A stretch of DNA of 64,000 bases from Nitrosomonadales bacterium (GCA_016213335.1 JACRAQ010000115.1:1338-65337), one strand, 5' to 3'; shown: positions 1 to 11,633, counted from the stretch's first letter. Translations and numbers: made by a program. Notes: generated by a model not told the origin, from the letters alone.

Positions 1-114
1 ACCCTTTGCCGCGACCAGGCTCTGCCCATCATCGTCTTCAGCATTTTCAAGCATGGTGCGCTGAAACGCGTGGTAATGCGGGAAGACGAAGGAACGCTGG
101 TGCGCTGCAATTGA
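1..114 (+). CDS. pyrH: UMP kinase, C-terminal fragment (gene begins upstream of window)
   Basis: Frame 1 reads [37 protein letters not shown] then TGA at 112-114. This resembles the conserved PyrH C-terminus, and the position directly upstream of frr fits the conserved pyrH-frr order. Confidence 0.75.
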   Translation, partial: TLCRDQALPIIVFSIFKHGALKRVVMREDEGTLVRCN

Positions 115-129
115 TGGAGGAAAAAAGCG

Positions 130-687
130 ATGATTTCTGATGTCAAAAAAAATACCGAACAGAAAATGAGCAAGACGCTGGAAGCGCTCAAGGCGGATTT
201 TGCCAAGGTGCGCACCGGCCGTGCCCATACCGGGATACTGGATCACGTGATGGTGGATTATTACGGCAACCCCACGCCGCTCAGCCAGGTTGCCGGCGTG
301 ACCCTGATTGGTGCCCGCACCATAGGCGTGCAGCCGTGGGAAAAAAACATGGTTGCGCCCGTGGAAAAGGCGATCCGCGAAGCCGACCTGGGATTGAACC
401 CTGCGACCAACGGCGGCGTGATCCGTGTGCCGATGCCGATGCTGACCGAGGAACGCCGCCGCGACCTGACCAAAGTGGTGCGCGGCGAGGCGGAAAACGC
501 TAAAGTGGCAGTGCGCAACGTGCGCCGCGATGCCAATGAGCATCTCAAGAAACTGCTCAAGGACAAAAAAATCAGCGAGGACGATGAGCGCCGCGCGCAG
601 GAAGATGTGCAGAAGCTGACCGACCGCTTTGTCGCCGAAATAGACAAGGCGCTGCACGCCAAAGAAGCCGATTTGATGGCAGTATAG
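130..687 (+). CDS. frr: ribosome recycling factor
   Basis: 185-aa ORF with RRF-like motifs (KVRTGRA, GLNP..NG..IRVPMP.LTEERR.DL.K). Lies between pyrH and uppS. Confidence 0.95.
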   Translation: MISDVKKNTEQKMSKTLEALKADFAKVRTGRAHTGILDHVMVDYYGNPTPLSQVAGVTLIGARTIGVQPWEKNMVAPVEKAIREADLGLNPATNGGVIRVPMPMLTEERRRDLTKVVRGEAENAKVAVRNVRRDANEHLKKLLKDKKISEDDERRAQEDVQKLTDRFVAEIDKALHAKEADLMAV

Positions 688-761
688 AGCGGGTAGCCTG
701 TAGCGGGTAGCTTGTAGCCAAGCCGGTTTTGCTACCAGCTACCAGCTACCAGCTACCAGCT
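688..761. repeat. Long imperfect hairpin whose right arm is a perfect (CTACCAG)x4 heptamer array
   Basis: Left arm 688-719 (agcgggtagcctgtagcgggtagcttgtagcc) pairs with right arm 731-761 (gctaccagctaccagctaccagctaccagct) at about 26 of 31 positions. The loop is 720-730 and the heptamer array is 732-759. Sits between the frr stop and the uppS start. Confidence 0.8.
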
Positions 762-772
762 CAAGGATCCCA

Positions 773-1563
<791 letters not shown>

Positions 1564-1564
<1 letters not shown>

Positions 1565-2385
1565 TGTTAAAGCAGCGCGTCATCACCGCGACCGTCCTGC
1601 TGGTGCTGTTCCTGTCCGCCCTGTTTTTGCTGCCCGCCATGGGGTGGGCAGCGCTGGCCGCCCTCATGGTGCTGCAGGGAGTGTCGGAATGGTCGCGCCT
1701 TGCCAAGTTGCCAAGGGCTGCAGCCAATGCTTACTGGTGGCTCACCCTCGCCATCATGGGTGGCATCATATGGCTTGATGCAAGCCATCCCCCTGCGCAA
1801 GCGGTGCTGCATTTCGTGATTTATGCGATATCCACGCTGTTGTGGGTGATCGTGGTGCCCGCCTGGCTGATAGCCGGCTGGAAGGTGCGGCAGCCGCTGC
1901 TGATGGCGCTGACCGGATGGGCGGTGCTGATCCCGGCTGGTTTGGCGATGATGGATCTGCGCGCGGCCAACCCGTGGTGGCTGCTCGCCGTGATGGGACT
2001 GGTCTGGGTCGCGGATATCGCCGCCTATTTTTCCGGGCGCAAGTTCGGCAAAAACAAGCTCGCCCCCAGCATCAGCCCGGGTAAAACCTGGGAAGGCGTG
2101 GCTGGCGCGCTGCTAGCCGTGACAGCGTACGCGCTACTGGTCGCCTGGGCCGGCGGTTTGTTCACCGCCTTCCATTTGTTGCCCGGCCTGTTGCTGGCGT
2201 CGTGGTGGTGGGTTGGGCTGGCGGTGCTCGGGGACTTGTTCGAATCCGCCGTCAAGCGCCAGGCCGGCGTCAAGGATAGCGGTGAGCTGCTGCCCGGCCA
2301 CGGCGGCCTGCTGGACCGCATAGACGCGCTGACTTCAACGCTGCCGCTGGCCGCCCTGGCGATGATGCTGCAAAAATTGCCATGA
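1564..2385 (+). CDS. cdsA: phosphatidate cytidylyltransferase (CDP-diglyceride synthase)
   Basis: ATG at 1564 overlaps the uppS TGA. Multi-pass membrane protein with C-terminal signature [24 protein letters not shown]. The 1381 start in the ORF track lies inside uppS and is rejected. Confidence 0.9.
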
Positions 2386-3611
2386 GCCGTATTATGAATC
2401 TCACCATCCTCGGTTCCACCGGCAGCATCGGTGCCAGCACACTGGACGTGGTGGCGCGCCACCCCGGCAGATACCGCGTGCTGGCGCTCGCCGCACAACG
2501 CCGGGACGACATCCTGTTCGAGCAATGTGCCCGCTTCCAGCCACGTTATGCGGCTTTGCTCGACGACGATGCGGCCGGACGGCTGGCGCAAAAAACAGCC
2601 GCCGCCGGCCTCGACGTGCAGGTGCTGAGCGGGATCGCCGCACTCGAACGAGTCTCGTCGCTACCCGAGGTGGATGCGGTGATGGCAGCCATAGTCGGTG
2701 CGGCCGGCCTGCGCCCGACGCTGGCGGCAGCCTGCGCCGGAAAGAAAATCCTGCTGGCGAACAAGGAAACGCTGGTGATGGCCGGACGCATTTTCATGGA
2801 TGCGGCCAGGCAGCACGGCGCCACGCTGCTGCCGATAGACAGCGAGCACAACGCGGTTTTCCAGGCGCTTCCCCGCGATTATGCGGGTGACCTTGCCGCC
2901 AGCGGCGTGCGCCGTATCCTGCTCACCGCATCCGGCGGCTCGTTCCGCGACGCCCCGTTGTCGGCGCTGCAGCACGTTACGCCGGAACAGGCGTGCGCGC
3001 ACCCTAACTGGGTAATGGGGCGGAAAATATCGGTGGATTCTTCCACCATGATGAACAAGGGCCTGGAAGTAATCGAGGCGCACTGGCTGTTCAACGCCCC
3101 AGCCGATGCCATCGAAGTAGTGATACACCCGCAGAGCGTAATCCACTCCCTGGTGCAGTATGTTGACGGTTCGGTGCTGGCGCAACTGGGCAACCCCGAC
3201 ATGCGCACCCCGATCGCACACGCACTGGCTTATCCCGAGCGCATCGAAGCCGGAGTCGAGCCGCTCGACCTGATCAGGGTGGCCACGCTCAACTTTGAAG
3301 CACCCGATTTCGCGCGTTTTCCCTGTCTGGCGCTGGCTTACCGGGCTCTGCGGGCGGGTGGCACGGCACCCGCCGCGCTGAATGCGGCAAACGAAATCGC
3401 CGTGGCCGCCTTCCTGGAGCGGCAAATCCCCTTTCTGGCCATCCCGCAGGTGATCGAACGTGTGCTGGAAGCATTGCCGGTTACACGGGTTGCTACCCTG
3501 GATGATGTGCTGAGCGCCGATACGGCAGCCCGTGCTGCGGCGCATGAGCTGGTGCAGCGCATGGCGGCCCCCTGCCCTCAACCCTTGTCCACTCCGGCCC
3601 GCCAGCCATGA
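2382..3611 (+). CDS. dxr: 1-deoxy-D-xylulose 5-phosphate reductoisomerase
   Basis: 409 aa with GSTGSIG nucleotide-binding motif, LANKE, DSEHNA, NKGLE.IEA and HPQS.IHS. Start overlaps the cdsA stop; an alternative ATG lies at 2394. Confidence 0.95.
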   Translation: MSRIMNLTILGSTGSIGASTLDVVARHPGRYRVLALAAQRRDDILFEQCARFQPRYAALLDDDAAGRLAQKTAAAGLDVQVLSGIAALERVSSLPEVDAVMAAIVGAAGLRPTLAAACAGKKILLANKETLVMAGRIFMDAARQHGATLLPIDSEHNAVFQALPRDYAGDLAASGVRRILLTASGGSFRDAPLSALQHVTPEQACAHPNWVMGRKISVDSSTMMNKGLEVIEAHWLFNAPADAIEVVIHPQSVIHSLVQYVDGSVLAQLGNPDMRTPIAHALAYPERIEAGVEPLDLIRVATLNFEAPDFARFPCLALAYRALRAGGTAPAALNAANEIAVAAFLERQIPFLAIPQVIERVLEALPVTRVATLDDVLSADTAARAAAHELVQRMAAPCPQPLSTPARQP

Positions 3612-4972
3612 CCACCTTATGGGCTTTCGCCCTCGCCATCGCGCTGCTCGTGGTGTTTCACGAGCTGGGGCATTTCTGGGTAGCGCGCCGCTGCGGGGTG
3701 AAAGTACTGCGTTTCTCGGTCGGTTTCGGCAAGCCGCTGGTCAAATGGCATTTCGGCAAAGCGCGGAGCAGAGAAACTGAGTGGGTGATTTCCGCCATCC
3801 CGCTGGGCGGCTACGTCAGGATGCTGGATGAACGCGAAGGCGAAGTTGCCGAGAACGAGCTGCACCGCTCCTTCAGCCGCCAGCCCGTGTTGTGGCGCAT
3901 GGTCATCGTGGTGGCGGGACCGGTGGCCAACCTGCTGCTGGCCGTCATCCTGTATTGGGCGCTATTCATGTACGGGGTTCCGGGAGTCAAACCCATGCTG
4001 GGCGAAATTGCCCAGGAAACGCCCGCTGCCGCCGCACAGTTCCGGGCGCGCGAAACGCTCATCAGCATCAATGGCGCGCCTGTTCCAAGCTGGGAAGAAG
4101 TGCGCTGGGCGGTGCTGAACCTGGCTCTGCAAGGTGAAGTGGCGCACATTGATGGCCTCGCGGAAGAAGGCGAAACGCTCCGCCACACACTTGACCTGAG
4201 CATGCTTGCACCCGGTGATCTGGATAGCGATTTCATGAAGAAGCTGGGCTTGCAGTTGTTCCAGCCCACAGTCAAACCGGTTATCGGCAAACTGGCTGAA
4301 GATGGGGTCGCACAACGCTCCGGCCTGGCTGTGGGCGATCGCATCACCAGCGCGGGCGGGCGCGATATTACACGCTGGACCGAACTGGTGGAAATCGTAC
4401 GCGCCCACCCGGGCAAGGCGATGCGGCTGGAGATTGAGCGGGGCGGGCATTTGCTGGCGCTCGATCTGACACCCGAGGCCGTTACCGAGTCCGGGAAACA
4501 GATTGGCAAGATCGGCGCCGGGCCCTATGTTGACAAGCAAGCGTTCGATGCGCAATTGACCGAGGTAAGCTACGGCCCCTACGACGCTTTCAGGCATGCG
4601 CTGCGCAAGTCGTGGGAAACCGCCGCAGTGAGCCTGAAGATGATGGCCAAGATGGTGCTCGGTGAAGTTTCACTGAAAAACCTGAGCGGCCCGATCACGA
4701 TCGCCGATTATGCCGGGCAATCCGCCAAGCTGGGAATCGCCGCCTATCTGGACTTCCTGGCACTGATCAGCATCAGCCTCGGCGTGCTCAACCTGCTGCC
4801 CATCCCTTTATTGGATGGGGGGCATTTGTTGTATTATATGGTCGAACTGATAAAGGGGAGTCCCGTATCCGAAAGGACGTGGGAAATCGGGCAGAACGTG
4901 GGTATCGCGCTGCTTGCCACCTTGATGGCCTTCGCGCTGTACAACGATATCAGCCGCCTGATTGTGGGTTGA
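3608..4972 (+). CDS. rseP: RIP (site-2) zinc metalloprotease RseP
   Basis: 454 aa with N-terminal HELGH zinc motif in a TM helix, a central PDZ-like region and C-terminal [12 protein letters not shown]. Confidence 0.92.
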   Translation: MTTLWAFALAIALLVVFHELGHFWVARRCGVKVLRFSVGFGKPLVKWHFGKARSRETEWVISAIPLGGYVRMLDEREGEVAENELHRSFSRQPVLWRMVIVVAGPVANLLLAVILYWALFMYGVPGVKPMLGEIAQETPAAAAQFRARETLISINGAPVPSWEEVRWAVLNLALQGEVAHIDGLAEEGETLRHTLDLSMLAPGDLDSDFMKKLGLQLFQPTVKPVIGKLAEDGVAQRSGLAVGDRITSAGGRDITRWTELVEIVRAHPGKAMRLEIERGGHLLALDLTPEAVTESGKQIGKIGAGPYVDKQAFDAQLTEVSYGPYDAFRHALRKSWETAAVSLKMMAKMVLGEVSLKNLSGPITIADYAGQSAKLGIAAYLDFLALISISLGVLNLLPIPLLDGGHLLYYMVELIKGSPVSERTWEIGQNVGIALLATLMAFALYNDISRLIVG

Positions 4973-4978
4973 CCATAC

Positions 4979-7258
4979 ATGAAATTAAAAATACTCGCGG
5001 GCCTGATCCCGCTGCTGTACGCCTCCTCTGCCGCCGCAATCGAGCCGTTTATCGTCAAGGATATCCGGGTGGAAGGCATACAGCGCACCGAGGCGGGCAC
5101 GGTGTTCAGCTACCTGCCGGTCAAGGTTGGCGACACGCTGGACGATGAGCACGCTACCCAAGCCATACGCGCATTATTTGCCACCGGTTTTTTCAAGGAC
5201 GTGCGCCTGGAGGTGGAACATGGGGTGCTGATCGTGCTGGTGCGAGAACGCCCGGCCATCGCCAGCATAGATGTCGAAGGGGTAAAGGATTTCCCGAAGG
5301 ATCAGCTGCGCGACAATTTCAAGATGGTCGGCCTCGCGGAAGGCCGTATTTTTGACCGTTCCGTGCTGGACAAGGCCGAGCAGGAACTCAAGCGCCAGTA
5401 TGTGGCGCGCGGCAAATACGGGGTAACGGTCAAGACCTCCGTTACCGAGCTGGAGCGCAACCGCGTTGCAGTCCGGCTTGACGTGGAAGAAGGCAAGGTT
5501 GCCAAAATCAGGCAGATCAATATCATCGGCCATCATGCCTACAGCGAAGCTGACTTGCGCGACATGATGAAGCTCGAAACACCGGGGTGGCTGGGCTGGT
5601 TCGGCTCAAGCGACCAGTATTCCAAGCAAAAGCTGTCCGCCGACCTGGAAACCATACGCTCGTTCTATCTGGATGCGGGCTACCTCGAGTTTTCCATAGA
5701 CTCCACCCAGGTTTCCATCACGCCCGACAAGAAGGACGTGTACATCACCATCAACCTTACCGAAGGCCCGAAATACACCGTCTCCAGCATCAGGATGGCC
5801 GGCCCGGAAAGTATCCTGCCGCACGAAGAGATGCGCGGAATGGTTTCGATCAAACCAGGCGACACCTTCTCGCGCAAGGAGCTGACCGCCTCGACGACGA
5901 AAATCGGCGACCGCCTCGGCGATGACGGTTACGCCTTTGCCAATGTCAGCGCCGTGCCGGAACTGGACAAGGAGAAACACCAGGTGGCATTTACCTTCAT
6001 GTTTGACCCGGGACTGCGCGCCTACGTGCGGCGCATCAATATCGCGGGCAACGCCAAAACGCGCGACGCGGTGATCCGGCGCGAATTCCGCCAGGCGGAA
6101 GGAGGGTGGTTTTCCGCTTCCAAGGTCAAGAAATCCAAGCAAAAAGTGGATCGCCTGGATTTCTTCAGCGAGGTGAATGTCGAGACACCTGCCGTTTCCG
6201 GCACAAATGACCAGTTGGACGTCAACCTGTCAGTGAAGGAAAAGGCTACCGGGGATTTCTCCATCGGCGCCGGTATCTCCAGCGGAGAAGGGATGGTACT
6301 CAGCGCCTCGATCACCGAGCGCAACCTGTTCGGGTCCGGCAATTATCTTTCCACGCAGGTCAACACCAGCAAAGTCAACCAAGTCTATTCCATATCCTAC
6401 ACCAACCCTTATTACACCGATGACGGGATGAGCCGGGGCTTCGACGTATACCAGCGCAATGTGGACTCGACCAGCACGGCAGTCAGCCAGTATAAGTCAT
6501 CCACGATGGGCGCCGGACTGCGCTTCGGCGTACCGATCAGCGACGACGAGACCATCCACTACGGGCTGGCCTCCGAACAGACCAAACTGTCGCTCACCCC
6601 GACCAGTTCGCAGCGCTTCGTGGATTATGTCGGCATATTCGGTTCCTCCACGACCAATCTGGTGGGCACGGTGGGCTGGAGCCGCGACAGCCGGGACAGC
6701 GTGATCTACACCACGGAAGGCATGGTGCAGCACGCTTTCGTCGAGCTGGCCCTGCCGGTATCGAACCAGCGTTATTACAAGCTGACCTACCAGCAGCAGT
6801 GGTTCCGCCCCTTGAGCCGCGAGGTGACGCTGCTGCTGAACGGCGAGGGCGGGATCGGGAACGGCTACGGCGGCAAGCCACTGCCGTTCTTCAAGAATTT
6901 CTACGCCGGCGGGCCGGGGTCGGTACGCGGCTTCGAACCCAACTCGCTGGGGCCGCGCGACAGCTATAATAACGCGCTGGGTGGCACCAAGCGCATCGTC
7001 GGAAACGCGGAGCTGCTGTTCCCCATGCCGGGGATGTCCAAGGAAAAATCGGTGCGGCTGAGCGTTTTCGCCGATGCCGGCGCGGTATATGGGCAGGGAG
7101 ATCTGGCGGGAACATCGGGCCTGCGCTATTCTGCCGGTCTCGCGTTCACGTGGATATCCCCCATTGGCCCGCTCAAGATCAGCTACGGAAAACCGATCAG
7201 CCAGAAACCGGCTGACAAAGTGCAGAAATTCCAGTTTACGCTGGGCTCGATATTCTGA
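4979..7258 (+). CDS. bamA: outer membrane protein assembly factor BamA
   Basis: 759 aa with a signal peptide (…ASSAAA), POTRA-like repeats (I.V.G...T....V) and an Omp85 barrel ending QFTLGSIF. Lies in the rseP-bamA-skp order. Confidence 0.95.
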   Translation: MKLKILAGLIPLLYASSAAAIEPFIVKDIRVEGIQRTEAGTVFSYLPVKVGDTLDDEHATQAIRALFATGFFKDVRLEVEHGVLIVLVRERPAIASIDVEGVKDFPKDQLRDNFKMVGLAEGRIFDRSVLDKAEQELKRQYVARGKYGVTVKTSVTELERNRVAVRLDVEEGKVAKIRQINIIGHHAYSEADLRDMMKLETPGWLGWFGSSDQYSKQKLSADLETIRSFYLDAGYLEFSIDSTQVSITPDKKDVYITINLTEGPKYTVSSIRMAGPESILPHEEMRGMVSIKPGDTFSRKELTASTTKIGDRLGDDGYAFANVSAVPELDKEKHQVAFTFMFDPGLRAYVRRINIAGNAKTRDAVIRREFRQAEGGWFSASKVKKSKQKVDRLDFFSEVNVETPAVSGTNDQLDVNLSVKEKATGDFSIGAGISSGEGMVLSASITERNLFGSGNYLSTQVNTSKVNQVYSISYTNPYYTDDGMSRGFDVYQRNVDSTSTAVSQYKSSTMGAGLRFGVPISDDETIHYGLASEQTKLSLTPTSSQRFVDYVGIFGSSTTNLVGTVGWSRDSRDSVIYTTEGMVQHAFVELALPVSNQRYYKLTYQQQWFRPLSREVTLLLNGEGGIGNGYGGKPLPFFKNFYAGGPGSVRGFEPNSLGPRDSYNNALGGTKRIVGNAELLFPMPGMSKEKSVRLSVFADAGAVYGQGDLAGTSGLRYSAGLAFTWISPIGPLKISYGKPISQKPADKVQKFQFTLGSIF

Positions 7259-7284
7259 CGGACAGGGATTGTTAAACTTGCAGG

Positions 7285-7334
7285 CCCGCATCCCCTTCTC
7301 TCCCCCGGATGGAGAGAAGGCAAAGGGATCGCGG
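7285..7334. repeat. GC-rich imperfect hairpin (REP-like), possible bamA terminator
   Basis: cccgcatccccttctctcc (7285-7303) / loop cccggat / ggagagaaggcaaagggatcgcgg (7311-7334). The CCCTCTCC/GGAGAGGG flavour matches the element inside hisH. Confidence 0.6.
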
Positions 7335-7366
7335 CGCGAGCTTTAAATTAATTGAGGAGAACGAAA

Positions 7367-7882
7367 TTGAAAACCCGAACCTTGAAAATGTGGATCGCGT
7401 GCCTTATCCCGGCTTTGCTGCTGACGGCTGGCCAGGCAAGCGCCACGGAATTCCGCGTCGGCGTAGTGGATACCGAACGCATCCTGCGCGAATCCGTACC
7501 CGCGATGAAGGCCGAAAAAAAGATAGAAAAGGAGTTCGCCGTACGCGACCAGGAAATCAAGAAGATTTCCCAGCAAGCCAGGGACATCCAGGCCTTCCTG
7601 GACAAGGAGGGCATGACCTTGCCGGATGCGGAGCGGCGCAACAAAGAGCGCGAACTGGATAACCTGAACGCCAACTTGCAGCGCATGCAACGCGAGTTCC
7701 GCGAGGATCTGAACCTGCGCAAGAACGAAGAGCTGGTGGTGGTGCTGGGGCTGGCCAACAAGGCGATACAGCAGATTGCCGAAAGCGAAAAATTCGATCT
7801 GGTGCTGCAGGAGGCGGTGTACCGCAACCCCAAAATCGACATCACCGAAAAGGTGCTGAAATTTCTGGCGAACGAAAAGTAA
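7367..7882 (+). CDS. skp: periplasmic chaperone Skp (OmpH family)
   Basis: Signal peptide ending AGQASA followed by a K/E/Q-rich coiled coil. Lies between bamA and lpxD. The start is uncertain: TTG 7367 follows GAGGAGA, ATG 7388 is possible, and the ORF track opens at 7352. Confidence 0.85.
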   Translation: MKTRTLKMWIACLIPALLLTAGQASATEFRVGVVDTERILRESVPAMKAEKKIEKEFAVRDQEIKKISQQARDIQAFLDKEGMTLPDAERRNKERELDNLNANLQRMQREFREDLNLRKNEELVVVLGLANKAIQQIAESEKFDLVLQEAVYRNPKIDITEKVLKFLANEK

Positions 7883-7906
7883 TTTCGTTGCGCTGCAGAT
7901 AATCCG

Positions 7907-8950
7907 ATGGAGCGGACAAGCTATCGCCTGGCGGATATCGTCGCGCGTTTTGGCGGGCGCGTGCAGGGCGATGCCGAAACCACGGTTATCCAGGTCGGCG
8001 CACTGGACAGCGCGCAAGCCGGACATCTCGCTTTTCTTGCCAGCGGCAAATACCGCGCACAGCTCACCGCCACGCGTGCCGCAGCAATCATTCTGGGCGA
8101 AGCGGATGCTGGCGCGACCGTGCTTCCCCGCATCGTGTGCGACAACCCCTACGCCTATTTCGCCAAGGTGTCCGCATTCCTGAACCCGGCAGCGCAGCTC
8201 TCTCCCGGCATTCACCCCAGCGCCGCAATCGGCGAGGGCACGCACATCCATCCGACGGCCCATATCGGCCCCCATGTCGTGATCGGAGCGGGCACCCGGA
8301 TCGGGGCGCGTTGCGCAATCATGGCGGGGTGCAGCATCGGTGCAGATGTCACCATCGGCGAAGAGGCGCGCCTGTACCCGCGCGTGGTGGTGTATCACGA
8401 TTGCGCGCTGGGGAACCGGCTGATCGCGCATTCGGGTGCGGTAATCGGAGCAGATGGCTTCGGCATGGCGATGGACGAGGGGCGCTGGCTGAAAATCCCC
8501 CAGATCGGCCGGGTGGTGATCGGCGACGATGTGGAGATAGGCGCGAACACAACCATAGACCGTGGCGCGCTGGACGACACCGTGATCGAGGACGGCGTCA
8601 AGCTGGACAACCAGATCCAGGTGGCACACAACGTGCGCATCGGCGCGCACACCGCCATTGCCGGCTGCGTCGGCATAGCCGGCAGCACCACCATCGGGCG
8701 CTATTGCCGGATTGGCGGCAGTGCGGGCATCCTGGGACATCTGAGCATCGCCGACCACGTCGAAATCTCATCCTTTACGCTGGTCGGAAAATCCATACGG
8801 GAAGCGGGAAGCTATACCGGAATTTTTCCGTTCAGCGCAAACGAAGAATGGCGCAAAAATGCCGCCCACCTGCGCCATCTGGACGAACTGGCAGACAAGG
8901 TCAAAATGCTGCAACAAGAAGTTGAAATTCTGAAAGGGAAAAACCGATGA
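7907..8950 (+). CDS. lpxD: UDP-3-O-acylglucosamine N-acyltransferase
   Basis: 347 aa with N-terminal LADIV..FGG and a long left-handed beta-helix hexapeptide repeat region. Lies in the skp-lpxD-fabZ order. Confidence 0.95.
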   Translation: MERTSYRLADIVARFGGRVQGDAETTVIQVGALDSAQAGHLAFLASGKYRAQLTATRAAAIILGEADAGATVLPRIVCDNPYAYFAKVSAFLNPAAQLSPGIHPSAAIGEGTHIHPTAHIGPHVVIGAGTRIGARCAIMAGCSIGADVTIGEEARLYPRVVVYHDCALGNRLIAHSGAVIGADGFGMAMDEGRWLKIPQIGRVVIGDDVEIGANTTIDRGALDDTVIEDGVKLDNQIQVAHNVRIGAHTAIAGCVGIAGSTTIGRYCRIGGSAGILGHLSIADHVEISSFTLVGKSIREAGSYTGIFPFSANEEWRKNAAHLRHLDELADKVKMLQQEVEILKGKNR

Positions 8951-9393
8951 GTAGCCGGATGGACATCCACGAGATTCTGGAATATTTACCGCACCGCTAC
9001 CCGTTTCTGCTGATAGACCGGGTGCTGTCTTGCGAGCCGGGCAAGGACATCGTCGCACTGAAAAATGTCACCATCAACGAGCCTTTCTTCGGCGGACACT
9101 TCCCGCATCACCCCGTGATGCCGGGTGTGCTGGTCATCGAAGCCATGGCGCAAGCTGCCGCGATCCTGTCGTTCAAAACGATGGGAACCAAGCCGGATGA
9201 CAGATCGGTGTATTACTTCGTGGGGATTGACGAAGCGCGCTTCAAGAAACCGGTCAGCGCGGGCGACCAGCTCATTTTCAAGGTGGCGCTGTTGCGCAAA
9301 TCGCGCGGTTTGTGGAAATTTGCCGCCACCGCAGAAGTGGATGGCCAGGTGGCAGCCGAGGCCGAAGTAATGTGCACGATACGGAACCTGTAA
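8947..9393 (+). CDS. fabZ: 3-hydroxyacyl-ACP dehydratase FabZ
   Basis: 148 aa with [13 protein letters not shown] and [14 protein letters not shown] hot-dog motifs. Confidence 0.95.
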   Translation: MSSRMDIHEILEYLPHRYPFLLIDRVLSCEPGKDIVALKNVTINEPFFGGHFPHHPVMPGVLVIEAMAQAAAILSFKTMGTKPDDRSVYYFVGIDEARFKKPVSAGDQLIFKVALLRKSRGLWKFAATAEVDGQVAAEAEVMCTIRNL

Positions 9394-10163
9394 TGCGCCA
9401 CCCGACAGCCATTATTCATCCCGGCGCCAAATTGGCGGATGATGTCGAGGTCGGGGCGTACTCCATCATCGGCGAACATGTCGAGATCGGCAGCGGCACG
9501 TGCATCGGCCCGCATGTGGTAATCGGCGGGCACACCCGCATCGGCAAAAACAACCGCATCTTCCAGTTCTGCTCACTGGGCGAAATCCCGCAAGACATGA
9601 AATATGCGGGCGAAGCGACGCGGCTGGAAATCGGCGACCACAACACCGTCCGCGAATTCTGCACCTTCAATCTGGGTACGGCGCAGGATACCGGCGTGAC
9701 ACGCCTGGGTAACCACAACTGGATCATGGCCTACGTGCACCTGGCGCACGACTGCCAGGTCGGAAACCACACTATCTTCGCCAACAACGCGCAACTCGCC
9801 GGGCATGTGCAGGTGGATGACCACGCCATTCTGGGCGGCTTCACGGTGGTGCACCAGTTCTGCCAGATCGGCGCGCACGTGATCACCGGCATGGGCACCA
9901 TCCTGTTGCAGGATATTCCGCCTTACGTCACCGCTTCCGGCAACCCGGCTTCACCTTACGGCATCAACTCGGAAGGGCTGAAGCGGCGCGGCTTCTCGGC
10001 CGGTGCGGTAACGGCGATCAAACGCGCCTACAAGATGCTGTACAAGTCCGGCCTGACGCTCGACGCTGCCAGGGAAGCTATAGCCGAACAGGCGAAAGCT
10101 CACCCCGAGCTTTGCGCGCTGGCCGATTTTCTGGGAACCTCCAAGCGCGGGATAGTTCGCTGA
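9393..10163 (+). CDS. lpxA: acyl-ACP--UDP-N-acetylglucosamine O-acyltransferase
   Basis: ATG at 9393 overlaps the fabZ TAA (TAATG). Hexapeptide repeats are followed by a helical C-terminal domain. The ORF-track start at 9312 lies inside fabZ. Confidence 0.93.
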   Translation: MRHPTAIIHPGAKLADDVEVGAYSIIGEHVEIGSGTCIGPHVVIGGHTRIGKNNRIFQFCSLGEIPQDMKYAGEATRLEIGDHNTVREFCTFNLGTAQDTGVTRLGNHNWIMAYVHLAHDCQVGNHTIFANNAQLAGHVQVDDHAILGGFTVVHQFCQIGAHVITGMGTILLQDIPPYVTASGNPASPYGINSEGLKRRGFSAGAVTAIKRAYKMLYKSGLTLDAAREAIAEQAKAHPELCALADFLGTSKRGIVR

Positions 10164-10182
10164 TTCCAAAAGCTGCAATGCT

Positions 10183-10304
10183 AGCCACAGAGAACACAGA
10201 GAAATGCAAGGATCATGCGTTTTCGTGGCCTCACACGAAAGGTGAGCAAATCTCTCCCGGCAGCCGATTGCCATTACTCTGTGAACTCTGTGCTCTCTGT
10301 GGCT
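10183..10304. repeat. 122-bp MITE-like hairpin element B (arms built from CACAGAG-type sub-repeats)
   Basis: Left arm AGCCACAGAGAACACAGAG (10183-10201) and right arm CTCTGTGCTCTCTGTGGCT (10286-10304) match at 18 of 19 positions as inverted repeats. An extra CTCTGTGAA copy lies at 10277-10285 and a T7 run follows at 10311-10317. The core contains TTTTCGTGG/CACGAAAGG and TGAGCAA, which are shared with element C. Confidence 0.75.
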
Positions 10305-10333
10305 GACTGCTTTTTTTAGGGTAAATTCTCCTC

Positions 10334-11563
10334 GTGCCGCAGCCTATCAAAACTATCGCCATGGTGGCAGGCGAAGCATCGGGCGACCTGCTCGGCAGCC
10401 ACCTGATGGAAGCGCTCAAACAGGAAATCCCCGGTATACGCTTCATTGGAATCGGCGGCCCAAAGATGCAGGCGGCGGGCATGCAGGTGCTATTCCCCAT
10501 GGAAAAGCTCGCGGTGCGCGGCTATGTCGAAGTACTGCGCCATTACCGCGAGATCACCGGCATTCGCAGCAAGCTGCGCGCACAGCTCACCTCCAGTCCG
10601 CCCGATCTGTTCATCGGCGTGGATGCGCCGGATTTCAACCTGGACCTGGAACTGGCGCTCAAACAGCTCGGCATTCCCACCGTGCATTACGTCAGCCCTT
10701 CCATCTGGGCATGGCGTGGCGAGCGCATTCACAAGATCAAGCAGGCTGTGTCGCACATGCTTGCGCTGTTCCCATTCGAGGCGCCGTTGTACGAGCGGGC
10801 TGGAGTACCGGTGACCTATGTCGGCCACCCGCTGGCGGACATGCTGCCGGATGCGCCCAACCGCGTTGCGATGCGTGAGCAGATGCGCCTGCCCAGACAG
10901 CACAAGGTATTCGCGCTGCTGCCAGGCAGCCGCCAGAGCGAAGTGCGTCAACTGGCGAAAATATTCATCGAAACCGCAAAACTGATAGCGCATAAAATCC
11001 CCGACGCGCAATTTCTGGTACCACTGGTCAGCCGGGAAACGCGCGCTATTTTTGAAACGGCGCTGTGGCAACTGGAAGCGCAAAACCTGCCCATCACCCT
11101 GCTGTTCGGCCATGCCCACGACGCCATGATCGCGGCGGACGGCGTGCTGGTGGCCTCCGGCACCGCCACACTGGAAGCCGCTCTGCTCAAGCGCCCCATG
11201 GTCATCACCTACAAAATGCCGGCCTTGACCTACTGGCTGAGCAAACGCAAGAAATACCAACCCTATGTCGGCTTGCCCAACATTCTTGCCGGAAAATTCG
11301 TGGTGCCCGAACTGCTGCAGGAAGATGCCACGCCCGAAAACCTGGCGCAGGCGCTGCTCAACCTGGTTGCAGACAAGCGTGCAGTGACCGAACTGGAAGG
11401 AATATTTTCTGACATGCATGCTATCCTCAGGCAAAACACTGCGCACAAGGCGGCGCAGGCGATCTTGCCATACCTGGAAGGCAGTAAAACTGAAAAGGCA
11501 ATTTGTCCACGAAATGCACGAAAACCACGAACAAACTCAAAAAAATATCGCGACGAATTCTGA
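10334..11563 (+). CDS. lpxB: lipid-A-disaccharide synthase
   Basis: 409 aa with a GTG start, the N-terminal [14 protein letters not shown] motif and a GT19-like body. Lies in the lpxA-lpxB-rnhB order. The last ~19 codons (from 11505) are read out of repeat element C. Confidence 0.9.
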   Translation: MPQPIKTIAMVAGEASGDLLGSHLMEALKQEIPGIRFIGIGGPKMQAAGMQVLFPMEKLAVRGYVEVLRHYREITGIRSKLRAQLTSSPPDLFIGVDAPDFNLDLELALKQLGIPTVHYVSPSIWAWRGERIHKIKQAVSHMLALFPFEAPLYERAGVPVTYVGHPLADMLPDAPNRVAMREQMRLPRQHKVFALLPGSRQSEVRQLAKIFIETAKLIAHKIPDAQFLVPLVSRETRAIFETALWQLEAQNLPITLLFGHAHDAMIAADGVLVASGTATLEAALLKRPMVITYKMPALTYWLSKRKKYQPYVGLPNILAGKFVVPELLQEDATPENLAQALLNLVADKRAVTELEGIFSDMHAILRQNTAHKAAQAILPYLEGSKTEKAICPRNARKPRTNSKKYRDEF

Positions 11564-11633
11564 CTTGCCGGGTAATTGCTGCCCTTGCTCAGTCCCCACG
11601 ATTCATTTCGTGCCTTTCGTGTTTTTCGTGGAC
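11505..11633. repeat. 129-bp MITE-like hairpin element C (arms built from CACGAAA-type sub-repeats)
   Basis: Left arm GTCCACGAAATGCACGAAAACCACGAA (11505-11531) pairs with right arm TTCGTGCCTTTCGTGTTTTTCGTGGAC (11607-11633) at 23 of 27 positions. The element spans the lpxB stop and ends 17 nt before the rnhB ATG. Confidence 0.75.

Noticed and set aside
732-759. Heptamer array (CTACCAG)x4 considered as a CRISPR-like or phase-variation repeat
   Set aside because: The units are only 7 nt with no spacers, so this is not a CRISPR array. It is intergenic and does not sit in a coding frame or an obvious promoter spacer. I kept it only as a hairpin or microsatellite observation.
7343-8758. 471-aa minus-strand ORF antisense to skp and lpxD
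   Set aside because: It fully overlaps two motif-supported genes. Its composition is Arg/Ala/Gly-rich and low in complexity, and it has no recognisable motif. This is a typical shadow ORF of GC-rich DNA.
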